Notes: generated by a model from the sequence alone, not told the origin. Counted from the first letter of the stretch, positions 53,855 to 63,412 are shown. The stretch is DNA of 64,000 bases from Terriglobales bacterium (GCA_035484735.1 DATHOQ010000042.1:22460-86459); one strand, 5' to 3'. A program made the numbers and translations.

Positions 53855-55840
53855 ATGGACGAAACCCCCTCTTCGCCATTAGTGCCGGCCTCAGCGGCGC
53901 CGCAACTGCGTTTCGGAAAGATCGACGATCTGGCCAGCCGGGTCGCGGCTGCCGTCGACGGTGCCCGCAAATTCCTCTTCTCTCAGCAACACGAGGAGGG
54001 CTACTGGTGCGGCGAACTGGAAGCTGACACCACGCTGGAATCGGATTACATCCTGCTGCAAACCTTGCTGGGGACTGGGAATCCCGCGCGTTTCCGGAAA
54101 TGCTGCAATTGGATCCTTCAGCACCAGAATGAGGACGGTGGCTGGGGAATCTACGCCGACGCTCCCTCAAACATCAGCGCTTCTGTGAAGGCTTATTTTG
54201 CGTTGAAGCTATCTGGATACATGCCTGATCATCCCGCGCTGGTTCGAGCCCGCAAGAAGATCCTCGAAATGGGTGGAGTGACCGAGGCCAATACTTTTAC
54301 CAAGATTTATTTGTGTTTCCTAGGGCAGTACGATTATGACGCGGTGCCCGCCATCCCGCCGGAAATCGTACTGTTTCCCAATTGGTTCTGGTTCAACATT
54401 TACGAGATTTCGTCGTGGTCCCGCGCCATCCTGGTGCCGCTTTCCATCTGCTACGCCAAGAAGCCGCTGAAGAAAATTCCGGCGGAACAGGGCGTGGATG
54501 AATTGTTCGTCGGGGGTCGCGACAAGTCACGCATGCGGCTGCATTGGAGTCAGAAGCTGGTTTCCTGGCGAAACTTCTTTCTGGTTCTGGACCGGATGAT
54601 TCATTGGTTCGAAGCGATCCACATTCGTCCGCTACGCTGGCTGGCGCTCAAACGGGCGGAGCAGTGGATGCTCGAACGTTTCGAGATGAGCGATGGTTTG
54701 GGAGCGATTTTTCCCTCTATGCTGAATGCCATCATCGCGCTACGCTGTCTGGGTTATTCGCTCGATGATCCTCAGGTGATCCGCGCTGTCGATGAACTGG
54801 AAAAGCTGGGTATTGAAGAAGGCGACACTTTCCGCATGCAGCCCTGCAAGCCGCCGATATGGGACACGGCCTACGCTCTTTTTGCCCTGGGTGAAGCCGG
54901 AGTTCCCCCCAACGATCCGCGAATGGTGAAGTGCGCAGACTGGGTGCTGCAGAAGCAAGTTCGCAACGTGGGCGACTGGAAAGTGAAAAATCCAAAGGGA
55001 CAGCCGGGCGGGTGGTACTTCGAGTTCAACAACGAGTTCTATCCGGACGTGGACGACAGCGCCATGGTCTGCCTGGGGTTGAGCCGTGTGGAGCATCCCA
55101 ACGGACGCTATCAGCGCGAGTCGGTGCAGCGCGCGATCGACTGGATTTTCTCCATGCAATGTAAGAATGGTGGCTGGGGTTCTTTCGATAAAGACAACGA
55201 CAAGATGGTGTTCCAGCACATTCCGTTCGCCGACCACAACGCCATGCTGGATCCGCCGACCGTCGACATCACTGGCCGCATCCTCGAAATGCTGGCTACG
55301 TACGGATACGACCGGAACCATCCCCGGGTGAAGAAGGCGCTCAAGTTTATTCGCGCGGAGCAGGAACCGGACGGTTCCTGGTTTGGCCGCTGGGGTGTGA
55401 ACTATATCTACGGCACTATGCAGGTACTGCGCGGGCTCGAAGCCATGGGCGTGGATCACCATGAGCCTTACGTTCAGCAGGGGGCGGAGTGGCTGCGCAT
55501 GTTTCAGAATTCTGATGGCGGTTGGGGAGAGACATGCGGCTCATACGACGACCCCACCACCAAGGGAGTCGGCCCAAGTACGCCGTCGCAGACTGCTTGG
55601 GCAGTCATGGGCTTGCTCGCCGCCAGTGATACGCGCAGTGACAGCGTGGCTCGCGGCATTGCTTACCTGTTGCGCACGCAGAAGAAAGATGGCTCCTGGG
55701 ATGAGCCTCAGTTCACAGGGACCGGTTTTCCTCGCGTGTTCTATTTGCTGTATCACATGTACCGGCAGTATTTTCCGTTGATTGCGCTGACCACGTACGG
55801 CAAGGTGATGGCGGGAAATGGACGACTAACGAGCACTTAG
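53855..55840 (+). CDS. shc: Squalene-hopene cyclase
   Basis: A 661-aa protein with QQHEEGYWCGELEADTTLESDYILL, several QW motifs (QNEDGGWG, QCKNGGWG, QNSDGGWGE, QKKDGSW), and the catalytic DVDDSAMV (DxDD). Confidence 0.93.
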   Translation: MDETPSSPLVPASAAPQLRFGKIDDLASRVAAAVDGARKFLFSQQHEEGYWCGELEADTTLESDYILLQTLLGTGNPARFRKCCNWILQHQNEDGGWGIYADAPSNISASVKAYFALKLSGYMPDHPALVRARKKILEMGGVTEANTFTKIYLCFLGQYDYDAVPAIPPEIVLFPNWFWFNIYEISSWSRAILVPLSICYAKKPLKKIPAEQGVDELFVGGRDKSRMRLHWSQKLVSWRNFFLVLDRMIHWFEAIHIRPLRWLALKRAEQWMLERFEMSDGLGAIFPSMLNAIIALRCLGYSLDDPQVIRAVDELEKLGIEEGDTFRMQPCKPPIWDTAYALFALGEAGVPPNDPRMVKCADWVLQKQVRNVGDWKVKNPKGQPGGWYFEFNNEFYPDVDDSAMVCLGLSRVEHPNGRYQRESVQRAIDWIFSMQCKNGGWGSFDKDNDKMVFQHIPFADHNAMLDPPTVDITGRILEMLATYGYDRNHPRVKKALKFIRAEQEPDGSWFGRWGVNYIYGTMQVLRGLEAMGVDHHEPYVQQGAEWLRMFQNSDGGWGETCGSYDDPTTKGVGPSTPSQTAWAVMGLLAASDTRSDSVARGIAYLLRTQKKDGSWDEPQFTGTGFPRVFYLLYHMYRQYFPLIALTTYGKVMAGNGRLTST

Positions 55841-55920
55841 CACTTAGAATTTGGTCGACACCGGTTTTGTTTGGGCACCACCACTAGCAGTTCATGGCTA
55901 AATGCCAATTGCTAAGTGCT
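55832..55920 (+). repeat. Intercistronic long-hairpin element, copy A (shc | hpnH)
   Basis: The left arm AGCACTTAGCACTTAGAATTTGGTC (overlapping the shc stop) pairs with the right arm ATGGCTAAATGCCAATTGCTAAGTGCT, about 25 bp with 3 mismatches. The right arm is near-identical to 57574-57600. Confidence 0.75.
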
Positions 55921-55963
55921 AAAGGCTGGCAACGGATCGGAAGTCTGGATCGGATAAACAACT

Positions 55964-57085
55964 ATGGCAGTACCTATTTCACAGATGTGGACGGTGGCGA
56001 CGTACGTCATCCGGCAAAAGCTCAAGGGACGTAAGCAATACCCGCTGGTGCTGATGCTCGAGCCGCTATTCCGTTGCAATCTGGCCTGCGCCGGATGCGG
56101 CAAGATCCAGTATCCCGCCCATGTCCTAAAGATGCAGCTCACGCCCGAGGAATGTTTCCGCGCGGTGGATGATTGCGGTGCACCGGCGGTGTCCATTCCT
56201 GGTGGAGAGCCGCTGCTGCACCCGCAAATCGGTGAAATCGTCGAAGGCCTGGTCGCACGCAAGAAGTACATCTATCTCTGCACCAACGCACTGCTTCTGA
56301 AGCAGAAAATCGACCTGTTCAAGCCCAGCAAATATCTGACCTTCTCCGTCCACATGGACGGCCAACGTGAGCACCATGACTTTTCGGTCTGCCTGGAGGG
56401 TGGCTACGAGAAGGCGCGTGAAGGCATGAAAGAGGCGCTGGATCGCGGCTTTAGAGTCACGACCAACACTACGCTGTTCGACGGTGCCGATCCCAAAAGC
56501 GTGCGTGCATTCTTCGACGAAATGATGGATCTCGGCGTCGAAGGCATGATGCTTTCGCCGGGGTACTCTTATGAGAAAGCGCCCGATCAAAGCCATTTTC
56601 TGGGACGCGCCCGCACCCGCCGGTTATTCCGTGGCATCCTGTCGAACCGCAAAGCCAGTTGGCAGTTCAACATGTCGCCTCTGTTTCTCGAATTCCTGAT
56701 GGGCAAGCGCGATTATCCCTGCACTCCCTGGGGTATGCCGACGTTCAATGTTTTCGGATGGCAGAAGCCTTGTTACCTTTTGCAGGACGGGTACGCTGAC
56801 ACCTTCGCCGAGCTTCTCGCCACCACCGAGTGGGAAAAGTACGGCACCGAGTCGGGAAATCCCAAGTGCGCGAATTGCATGGTGCACAGTGGCTACGAAG
56901 CCTCGGCAGTGAATGAGACCTTCGGATCGTTGCAGGGTTTGTGGCATACCGCGAAGGCGACGCTGTTCGGCAAGTACGACGACCCGTCGGCGCTCAGTTT
57001 GCTCGACGAACCGGTTCGTCCCGTGCATGCTTTCAATCCACTGGTGCAGATCGAGTCACCCGCCGCTGAGGAGACACGCGTGTGA
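55964..57085 (+). CDS. hpnH: Adenosyl-hopene transferase, radical SAM protein HpnH
   Basis: Motifs [22 protein letters not shown] (CX3CX2C), GGEPLLHP, and the C-terminal DUF3463-like region [21 protein letters not shown]...[11 protein letters not shown]. It lies next to shc and hpnG. Confidence 0.88.
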   Translation: MAVPISQMWTVATYVIRQKLKGRKQYPLVLMLEPLFRCNLACAGCGKIQYPAHVLKMQLTPEECFRAVDDCGAPAVSIPGGEPLLHPQIGEIVEGLVARKKYIYLCTNALLLKQKIDLFKPSKYLTFSVHMDGQREHHDFSVCLEGGYEKAREGMKEALDRGFRVTTNTTLFDGADPKSVRAFFDEMMDLGVEGMMLSPGYSYEKAPDQSHFLGRARTRRLFRGILSNRKASWQFNMSPLFLEFLMGKRDYPCTPWGMPTFNVFGWQKPCYLLQDGYADTFAELLATTEWEKYGTESGNPKCANCMVHSGYEASAVNETFGSLQGLWHTAKATLFGKYDDPSALSLLDEPVRPVHAFNPLVQIESPAAEETRV

Positions 57086-57531
57086 GCGGGCGCGAATCAG
57101 GCCGAACCCCAGCGGCCCCACATGCCGTCATGGCTGATCCCGACGTTCTGGAAGTCGCACCGGGAGCGGCACGAGAGAAGCTCCAAGGCTCTGTTCCCCA
57201 GCTTGCGACTCCAGACGATCTGCGCGCGGCTCTAGAGCAAGCCTTTGACTACCGTGGAGATGTGCTCATCACACGTAAGGACGGCGCGAGCATTGAAGGC
57301 TACGTCTTCGATCGCCGTGGCGGCAAAACGCTGGAGGATTCCGTGGTGCGGCTGTTGCCGAAAGACGGAGGCGGAAAAGTTTCCGTCCGCTACGCCGACA
57401 TTGCGGCGCTCGCCTTTACGGGACGCGATATGGCCGCGGGCAACAGTTGGGAATCGTGGATCCGCCAATACTGGACCAAGAAGTCGGCCGGCGAAAGCGA
57501 TATTTCGTTACAGCCGGAGAATTTGGAGTAG
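57082..57531 (+). CDS. Hypothetical protein inside the hopanoid operon
   Basis: GTG overlaps the hpnH stop (GTGA). An alternative ATG at 57130 gives MADPDVLEV. The 133-149-aa soluble protein has no family that I recognise. Confidence 0.5.
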   Translation: MSGRESGRTPAAPHAVMADPDVLEVAPGAAREKLQGSVPQLATPDDLRAALEQAFDYRGDVLITRKDGASIEGYVFDRRGGKTLEDSVVRLLPKDGGGKVSVRYADIAALAFTGRDMAAGNSWESWIRQYWTKKSAGESDISLQPENLE

Positions 57532-57600
57532 CACTTAGCATTAGCACTTGGCATTTGGTCTTTGAAAAGTGTGATGGCTAAATGCCAATTGCTAAATGCT
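57530..57600 (+). repeat. Intercistronic long-hairpin element, copy B (orf | hpnA)
   Basis: AGCACTTGGCATTTGGTC (57543-57560) pairs with GATGGCTAAATGCCAATTGCT (57573-57593), 18 bp with 1 mismatch and 2 G:U. An extra AGCACTTAGCA lies at 57530-57540. The element ends within the hpnA start codon region (ATG 57596). Confidence 0.75.
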
Positions 57601-58582
57601 TGCTTTCGTCACTGGCGCGACCGGATTCGTTGGCAGTCATGTGGCCCGCGTTCTCGCCGAGCAGGGTGCCGATCTGCGATTGCTGGTTCGGGTTGGCAGC
57701 AATACCCAAAACATTGATGGCCTGAATTCGGAAAGAGTAGTCGGTGACCTGCGTGATCCGCCCTCGATTGAACGGGCGATGTCAGGCTGTGACACCGTGT
57801 TTCACGTAGCTGCCGACTATCGTCTCTGGGTGCGCGATCCCGAGCAGATGTACCAGGCTAACGTCGAAGGCACAAGAGCGATTCTGCAAGCTGCCCGCAA
57901 GAACGGAGTGCGGCGGGTAGTGCATACCTCGAGCGTCGCGACCATGGGATTCACCTCGAACGGTCATCTGGCGGACGAGGATTCGCCGGTCAAATTGGAA
58001 AGCATGATCGGCCCCTACAAACGATCGAAATTCATGTCTGAAGATTTAGCCCTGAAAGCGGGCAGAAGAGGTATGGACGTAGTCGTGGTGAATCCGACCA
58101 CGCCGGTGGGTGAGCAGGACATTCGGCCCACCCCAACAGGTCGAATCGTTGTGGATTTTCTCAAGAAGAAGTTTCCCGCCTACGTAGACACAGGCTTGAA
58201 TCTTGTAGACGTGCGGGAATGTGCCCGCGGGCATCTAATAGCTTTAGAGAAGGGAAGGGCCGGGGAAAGATATATTCTGGGTGGCGAGAATCTCACTCTA
58301 AAGCAGATTCTCGACAAGTTGGCTGCGATTACCGGTCTGCCGTCGCCCAGGATCAAAGTTCCTTACGTGATGGCCCTAGCCACCGGAGTAGTCGATGAAA
58401 TGGTCACCGGACGCATCCTGGGCCGGGAACCCCGTGCGACTATCGACGCTGTGCGCATGGGCCGCAAGAAGATGTTTGTGTCATCCGCCAAAGCGGAACG
58501 CGAATTGGGATGGAAACCATCGCCCGTAGACGGCGCGCTCCGTCGCGCCGTGGAATGGTTCCAAACTCATAAGTACGCATAA
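57596..58582 (+). CDS. hpnA: Hopanoid-associated NAD-dependent sugar epimerase/dehydratase-family protein HpnA
   Basis: MLAFVTGATGFVGSHVARVL (Rossmann GxxGxxG) and YKRSK (YxxxK), an SDR extended fold, located within the hpn cluster. Confidence 0.8.
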   Translation: MLAFVTGATGFVGSHVARVLAEQGADLRLLVRVGSNTQNIDGLNSERVVGDLRDPPSIERAMSGCDTVFHVAADYRLWVRDPEQMYQANVEGTRAILQAARKNGVRRVVHTSSVATMGFTSNGHLADEDSPVKLESMIGPYKRSKFMSEDLALKAGRRGMDVVVVNPTTPVGEQDIRPTPTGRIVVDFLKKKFPAYVDTGLNLVDVRECARGHLIALEKGRAGERYILGGENLTLKQILDKLAAITGLPSPRIKVPYVMALATGVVDEMVTGRILGREPRATIDAVRMGRKKMFVSSAKAERELGWKPSPVDGALRRAVEWFQTHKYA

Positions 58583-58592
58583 GGACGCAGAC

Positions 58593-59270
58593 TTGTCAGA
58601 ATCGTGCAAAGTCGGAATCGTGGCCGCGCTCGAGCGCGAGGTGTGGCCGCTGGTGAAAGATTGGTCGGTGGCCAACCAGCGACACGACGGCCGCAGTTTC
58701 AAGTTCTTCGAGCACGAGAACGCAGTACTGGTCTGCGGAGGAATCGGAGCCGAGGCCGCGCGTCGTGCAGCCGAAGCCATCATCGTGCTATATAAACCCG
58801 CGCTGGTTATTTCGGCGGGGTTTGCTGGCGGCCTTGATCCGGCTCTCAGAGCCGGCCACGCGCTGACTCCACGCCTGGTCATTGATGCCGGCGACGGCAG
58901 CCGTACCGACTCGGGCACCGGTGAAGGCGTATTGGTGAGCTTTGCCGCAGTCGCTGACTCTGAGCAAAAGACGAGTCTGGCCAGGGCTTACGGGGCCGAT
59001 GTGGTGGACATGGAGGCGGCGGCGGTTTCTCGTTGCGCTCAGGCACATGGAATTCAGTTCACAGCCTGTAAGGTGGTTTCCGATTCGCGCGATCAGCGGC
59101 TGCCTCCGGTTGCCCGTTTTGTGGCTTCGGACGGGACATTTCAGTCGTTCCGCTTCCTGGCGCATGTGGCTGTGCGTCCCTGGCTATGGGCCGGGGTGGG
59201 ACAGTTGGCGAGGAATAGTTCCATCGCCGCGCGGTCACTTTGCGAAAGACTGGCGCTGAGTACACAATAA
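58593..59270 (+). CDS. hpnG: Hopanoid-associated phosphorylase/nucleosidase HpnG
   Basis: TTG 58593 lies 7 nt after AAGGA. PNP_UDP-like motifs VGIVAALEREVWPL, VCGGIGAEAA, ISAGFAGGL and DMEAAAV. It lies within the hpn cluster. Confidence 0.8.
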   Translation: MSESCKVGIVAALEREVWPLVKDWSVANQRHDGRSFKFFEHENAVLVCGGIGAEAARRAAEAIIVLYKPALVISAGFAGGLDPALRAGHALTPRLVIDAGDGSRTDSGTGEGVLVSFAAVADSEQKTSLARAYGADVVDMEAAAVSRCAQAHGIQFTACKVVSDSRDQRLPPVARFVASDGTFQSFRFLAHVAVRPWLWAGVGQLARNSSIAARSLCERLALSTQ

Positions 59271-59280
59271 GATTGAGCAC

Positions 59281-60405
59281 GTGATTATGGCTACGGGACT
59301 ATTAACTCCGAATCAGACCAAAGCGATTCCCACCACCATGCAGGCGGCGGTGTATCGCGGCGTCGGCGACGTCCGCATTGAGACCGTCCCAGTTCCTCGG
59401 ATCGGTGCCGGAGAACTTCTCCTTAGAGTGCACACCTGCGGTATCTGCGGGACGGACCTCAAGAAGATTGCCACGGGATCGCACTCCGCGCCCCGCATCT
59501 TTGGTCATGAAACGTCGGGTGTGGTGGCTGCGGTTGGCACTGATGTGACCCAGTTCAAACCCGGCGATCGAGTGGTGGTCTTTCACCACATCCCGTGCCG
59601 GCAATGTTTCTACTGCCTGCATAGGACCTTTGCCCAGTGCGAGACTTATAAGAAAGTCGGATGCACCGCCGGATTCGAGCCTGCGGGTGGGGGATTTGCG
59701 GAATACGTGCGTGTAATGGACTGGATAGTCCGCGAGGGAACTGTCGCCATCCCGGACGGCGTCTCCTTTGAGCAGGCCTGTTTCGTGGAGCCGGTGAATA
59801 CCTGCATGAAAGGCATCGATACTTTGCAACTTTCGCCGGACGAGAGTGTTCTGGTTATTGGGCAGGGACCGATCGGTATCATATTGAGCGTATTGGCCAA
59901 ACGGGCGGGAGCTAGGGTAATTACTTCCGATTTGTATCCCCAGAGGCTTACAATATCTACATCACTCGGTTTACAGCACATGATTGATGCTTCGCGTGCC
60001 GATACCGTGCAAGCGGCGCGAGAATTCACCGCGGGCCGGGGCGCTGACGTGGCGATACTTGCGGTCGGGGGAAATGCCTTGATCCGGACTGCGATGGATG
60101 CCGTGCGTCCAGGCGGCCGGGTACTGTTGTTTGCGCAGACAACGCGCGGTGAGGCCACTATTGATCCGGCTGCCGTCTGCGTGGATGAGAAGACTTTGTT
60201 GGGATCTTATAGCGCTTCTGTCGATCTCCAAGAGGAGTCGGTGCAATTCGTGATGAACCGTGAAATGGACTTGGAACGCTTGATCAGCCACCGCTTTCCT
60301 TTGTCCCGCAGTGTGGAAGCTTTGCACTTGGCCGCCCATCCCCAATCGGATTCGATGAAAATTGTGATCCAAACGGGCAGCGGCTGGGGAGGAAGTACAG
60401 AGTGA
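59281..60405 (+). CDS. Zn-dependent medium-chain dehydrogenase/reductase (polyol/threonine dehydrogenase-like), copy 1
   Basis: Motifs CGICGTDLK, GHETSG (catalytic Zn), CRQCFYC...C (structural Zn), and VIGQGPIG (Rossmann). The start is uncertain (GTG 59281, ATG 59287 or ATG 59338). Confidence 0.8.
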   Translation: MIMATGLLTPNQTKAIPTTMQAAVYRGVGDVRIETVPVPRIGAGELLLRVHTCGICGTDLKKIATGSHSAPRIFGHETSGVVAAVGTDVTQFKPGDRVVVFHHIPCRQCFYCLHRTFAQCETYKKVGCTAGFEPAGGGFAEYVRVMDWIVREGTVAIPDGVSFEQACFVEPVNTCMKGIDTLQLSPDESVLVIGQGPIGIILSVLAKRAGARVITSDLYPQRLTISTSLGLQHMIDASRADTVQAAREFTAGRGADVAILAVGGNALIRTAMDAVRPGGRVLLFAQTTRGEATIDPAAVCVDEKTLLGSYSASVDLQEESVQFVMNREMDLERLISHRFPLSRSVEALHLAAHPQSDSMKIVIQTGSGWGGSTE

Positions 60406-61451
60406 ACGGTAAGATGACGGCAGCTGTCCTCTACGGTAAAGAGGACGTAAAGATTGAAAGAGTGCCTATCCCTCGCCTGGGCGAAGGCGAAGTACTGGTC
60501 AAGGTCGAAGTTGCTCTGACCTGCGGTACTGATCTCAAGGTCTACCAGCGCGGTTATCATGCCCGCATGATCGTTCCTCCAGCTCTGTTCGGACACGAAC
60601 TGGCAGGAGTCATCGAAGAAGTCGGTCCCGGCGTGCGTAGCTTCCGTAAGGGAATGCGCGTGGTGGCTCTCAACTCGGCCCCTTGTCAGATGTGTTTCTA
60701 CTGTTCCCGCCATCAGGAAAATCTTTGCGAGGACTTGCTTTTCAACAACGGGGCTTATGCGGAATACATCCGCATTCCGCGGCGGATCGTCGAGACCAAT
60801 ATGCTGGCGATGCCCTCCGGCGTGACCTTTGAAGACGCTGCCATGGTCGAGCCGCTGGCCTGCGTGTTGCGTGGTTTGCACGAAACCGGAGTAGAGATCG
60901 GAGATACCGTGGCCATCATCGGCGGCGGTCCCATTGGGTTGATGTTCGTGCAGGTCGCAACCGCCGTGGGCTGCAAGGTCATTTCCGTGGTGAAGCGCGA
61001 TTCACAAGTGACCGCAGCCAAGCAAATGGGCGCCAAGGAAGTGGTGCAGATCACCAAGGTCAAGGATCCGGTGGACGCGGTGCGAATGTTGTCCCCGGAA
61101 AAGCGTGGCGGAGACGTCGTGATTGAAGCGGTTGGCCGTCCCGAGGCATGGGAATGGGCCATCGACATGGTACGTAAAGGCGGCACCGTGAACTTTTTCG
61201 GAGGGTGCGCCAGCGGTACCAAAGTCCAGCTTGATACCAACCGGTTGCACTATTCCGAAGTTACGCTGAAAGCCACGTTCCATCACACACCGGAAACCGT
61301 GCGCAAGGCATTCGCGTTAATTGCGGAGAAAAAGATTCGTTCCACTGACTACATCACCGGCGAGGCGCCACTCTCCCGGTTGCAGCAGGTGCTTCGCCAC
61401 ATGCTGAACCGCAATGGCGACATCAAGACCGCCATTATCCCCGGTCACTAA
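60402..61451 (+). CDS. Zn-dependent medium-chain dehydrogenase/reductase, copy 2
   Basis: GTG 60402 overlaps the upstream stop (GTGA), 8 nt after GGAGGA. Motifs CGTDLK, GHELAG, CQMCFYC...C and IIGGGPIG. Confidence 0.8.
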   Translation: MNGKMTAAVLYGKEDVKIERVPIPRLGEGEVLVKVEVALTCGTDLKVYQRGYHARMIVPPALFGHELAGVIEEVGPGVRSFRKGMRVVALNSAPCQMCFYCSRHQENLCEDLLFNNGAYAEYIRIPRRIVETNMLAMPSGVTFEDAAMVEPLACVLRGLHETGVEIGDTVAIIGGGPIGLMFVQVATAVGCKVISVVKRDSQVTAAKQMGAKEVVQITKVKDPVDAVRMLSPEKRGGDVVIEAVGRPEAWEWAIDMVRKGGTVNFFGGCASGTKVQLDTNRLHYSEVTLKATFHHTPETVRKAFALIAEKKIRSTDYITGEAPLSRLQQVLRHMLNRNGDIKTAIIPGH

Positions 61452-61499
61452 GGCGGGTTTCCGATTGGCTTTTGAATCAGCCCGGGGACGAAACTGACC

Positions 61500-62456
61500 A
61501 TGGCAGTCATCGCAAGCAACGACTCTAGGACCGCTGTTCCGGCCAGCCTGGCGGGCTGGAGCCGGCTTCCGCCGGGCTATGCCATCCCCCAAAACGCTCC
61601 GACAGAGGTGGAGGCACAGGAATATTGCCGTCGTCTGGCGCGCAGCCATTACGAGAACTTTTCGGTGGCGAGTTGGTTTCTGCCGCAGCGCTTGCGGCAA
61701 CACTTTTTCAACGTCTACGCTTACTGCCGCATATCGGACGATCTGGGCGACGAAGTCGGCGATCCGGCCGCGTCACTGCAATTACTCGATCAATGGCAGG
61801 CCGAGCTGGATGCGTGTTATTCGGGCAATCCCCGGCACCCGGTGTTCGTAGCCCTGGCCGCTACCGTCCGCAAGTTCGACATTCCTAAGCAGACTTTTGC
61901 CGACCTGCTGACTGCGTTTCGACAGGACCAGACCGTTACCCGCTATCCAACGTTCGACGACTTACTGGGCTACTGCCACAATTCCGCGAATCCCGTGGGC
62001 AGGCTCGTGCTATACCTTTGCGGCTATCGCGACGCCGAGCGTCAACAGCTTTCTGATTTCACCTGCACCGCGTTGCAACTCGCCAACTTCTGGCAAGATG
62101 TCAGCGTCGACTTCGCCAAAGGCCGCATTTATCTGCCACTCGATGACATGCGGCGTTTTGGGGTTAGTGAGGACGATCTTGCGGCGCAGAGAAACACTGC
62201 GGCGTTCTGCCATCTGATGCGCTTTGAAGTCGCGCGTGCGCGCGAATGGTTCCAGCAGGGCTGGCCACTGGCTGCACAGGTAGATCGTGAACTGGCCCTC
62301 GACATCGAGCTATTCAGCCGCGGTGGCCAGGAGATTCTCCGCGCTATCGAGCGTCAGGGATACGGTGTGTTGGGCCGTAGGCCGTCAATTTCCAAATCCC
62401 GCAAGCTTGCGTTGGTGGCCCGCGCCGCTTGGAGCAAGCTTGGTGGAGCAAACTAG
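61500..62456 (+). CDS. hpnC: Squalene synthase-like HpnC (hydroxysqualene synthase)
   Basis: HYENFSVASWFLPQRLRQHFFNVYAYCRISDDLGDE, then NFWQDVSVDFAKGRIYLP. A SQS/PSY fold with both Asp-rich regions, first of the hpnCDE triplet. Confidence 0.8.
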   Translation: MAVIASNDSRTAVPASLAGWSRLPPGYAIPQNAPTEVEAQEYCRRLARSHYENFSVASWFLPQRLRQHFFNVYAYCRISDDLGDEVGDPAASLQLLDQWQAELDACYSGNPRHPVFVALAATVRKFDIPKQTFADLLTAFRQDQTVTRYPTFDDLLGYCHNSANPVGRLVLYLCGYRDAERQQLSDFTCTALQLANFWQDVSVDFAKGRIYLPLDDMRRFGVSEDDLAAQRNTAAFCHLMRFEVARAREWFQQGWPLAAQVDRELALDIELFSRGGQEILRAIERQGYGVLGRRPSISKSRKLALVARAAWSKLGGAN

Positions 62457-62470
62457 GTGGGCGAACCGGG

Positions 62471-63412
62471 ATGAGCGCCGCCGTGCAACCAGCTCCCACA
62501 CCTTTCGTGGCCACTGAATCGCAACTCGCGGTTGCGTATTCCGTCTGCCGCAGCATCACGCGCTCAGCCGCCAGGAATTTTTACTACGCATTTATCGTGT
62601 TGCCCCGGCCCAAGCGTCAGGCATTGTGCGCAGTGTACGCATTCATGCGGCGCTGTGACGACATTGCAGACGATGCAGCGTTGCCCGCTCACGAGCGGCG
62701 GCAGAAGCTGGCTTCCTGGCTGGACGCCGCCCACCGGGCGCTGGCTGGCCACGCCACCGACGAACCCGTCTTGCTCGCTTTGACCGACGCTCAACGACGC
62801 TACAACATTCCAGTCGAGTTGCTCGATCAGTTGGCTTTCGGTACGGAAATGGACGTTGAAGGCGAAGACCTGTTGCTGTGCGAGACTGCGGAGCCCGGCA
62901 TAATTCGTTACCGGACATTCGAAGATCTGCGCGTTTACTGTCACCGCGTGGCTTCGGTGGTCGGGCTGGTATGCATTCGCATTTTCGGTTATCGCGACCC
63001 CGCTGCGGAGCCGCTGGCTGAGAAATGCGGTCTGGCCTTCCAACTCACTAACATCATTCGCGATGTAAAAGAAGACGCTGCCATGGGTCGCGTCTATCTG
63101 CCGGAAGAAGACTTGGCCAAGTTTGGCATCTCGCCCGCGGAGCTTAGCGCTGCCGTAGATCCGGCCAGATTTCGTCCTTTGCTCGCCATGGAAGCGGATC
63201 GCGCGCGCCAGTATTACCGCGCGGGGGACGATCTCATTCCCTTGATTGACGAAGACAGCCAGCCCGCACTCTGGGTCTTGATTACCATCTATCGGCGTCT
63301 GCTGGAAGAGATCGCGCATGCCAATTATGACGTCTTCAGCGGCAAAATCACCCTCACAGTCAGAGAGAAACTCACCGTCCTGGCCAAGGGCTTCATGAAG
63401 CGTATGGCGTGA
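62471..63412 (+). CDS. hpnD: Presqualene diphosphate synthase HpnD
   Basis: ATG 62471. Motifs ARNFYYAFIVLPRPKRQALCAVYAFMRRCDDIADD and NIIRDVKEDAAMGRVYLP. Second SQS/PSY paralog. Confidence 0.8.
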   Translation: MSAAVQPAPTPFVATESQLAVAYSVCRSITRSAARNFYYAFIVLPRPKRQALCAVYAFMRRCDDIADDAALPAHERRQKLASWLDAAHRALAGHATDEPVLLALTDAQRRYNIPVELLDQLAFGTEMDVEGEDLLLCETAEPGIIRYRTFEDLRVYCHRVASVVGLVCIRIFGYRDPAAEPLAEKCGLAFQLTNIIRDVKEDAAMGRVYLPEEDLAKFGISPAELSAAVDPARFRPLLAMEADRARQYYRAGDDLIPLIDEDSQPALWVLITIYRRLLEEIAHANYDVFSGKITLTVREKLTVLAKGFMKRMA

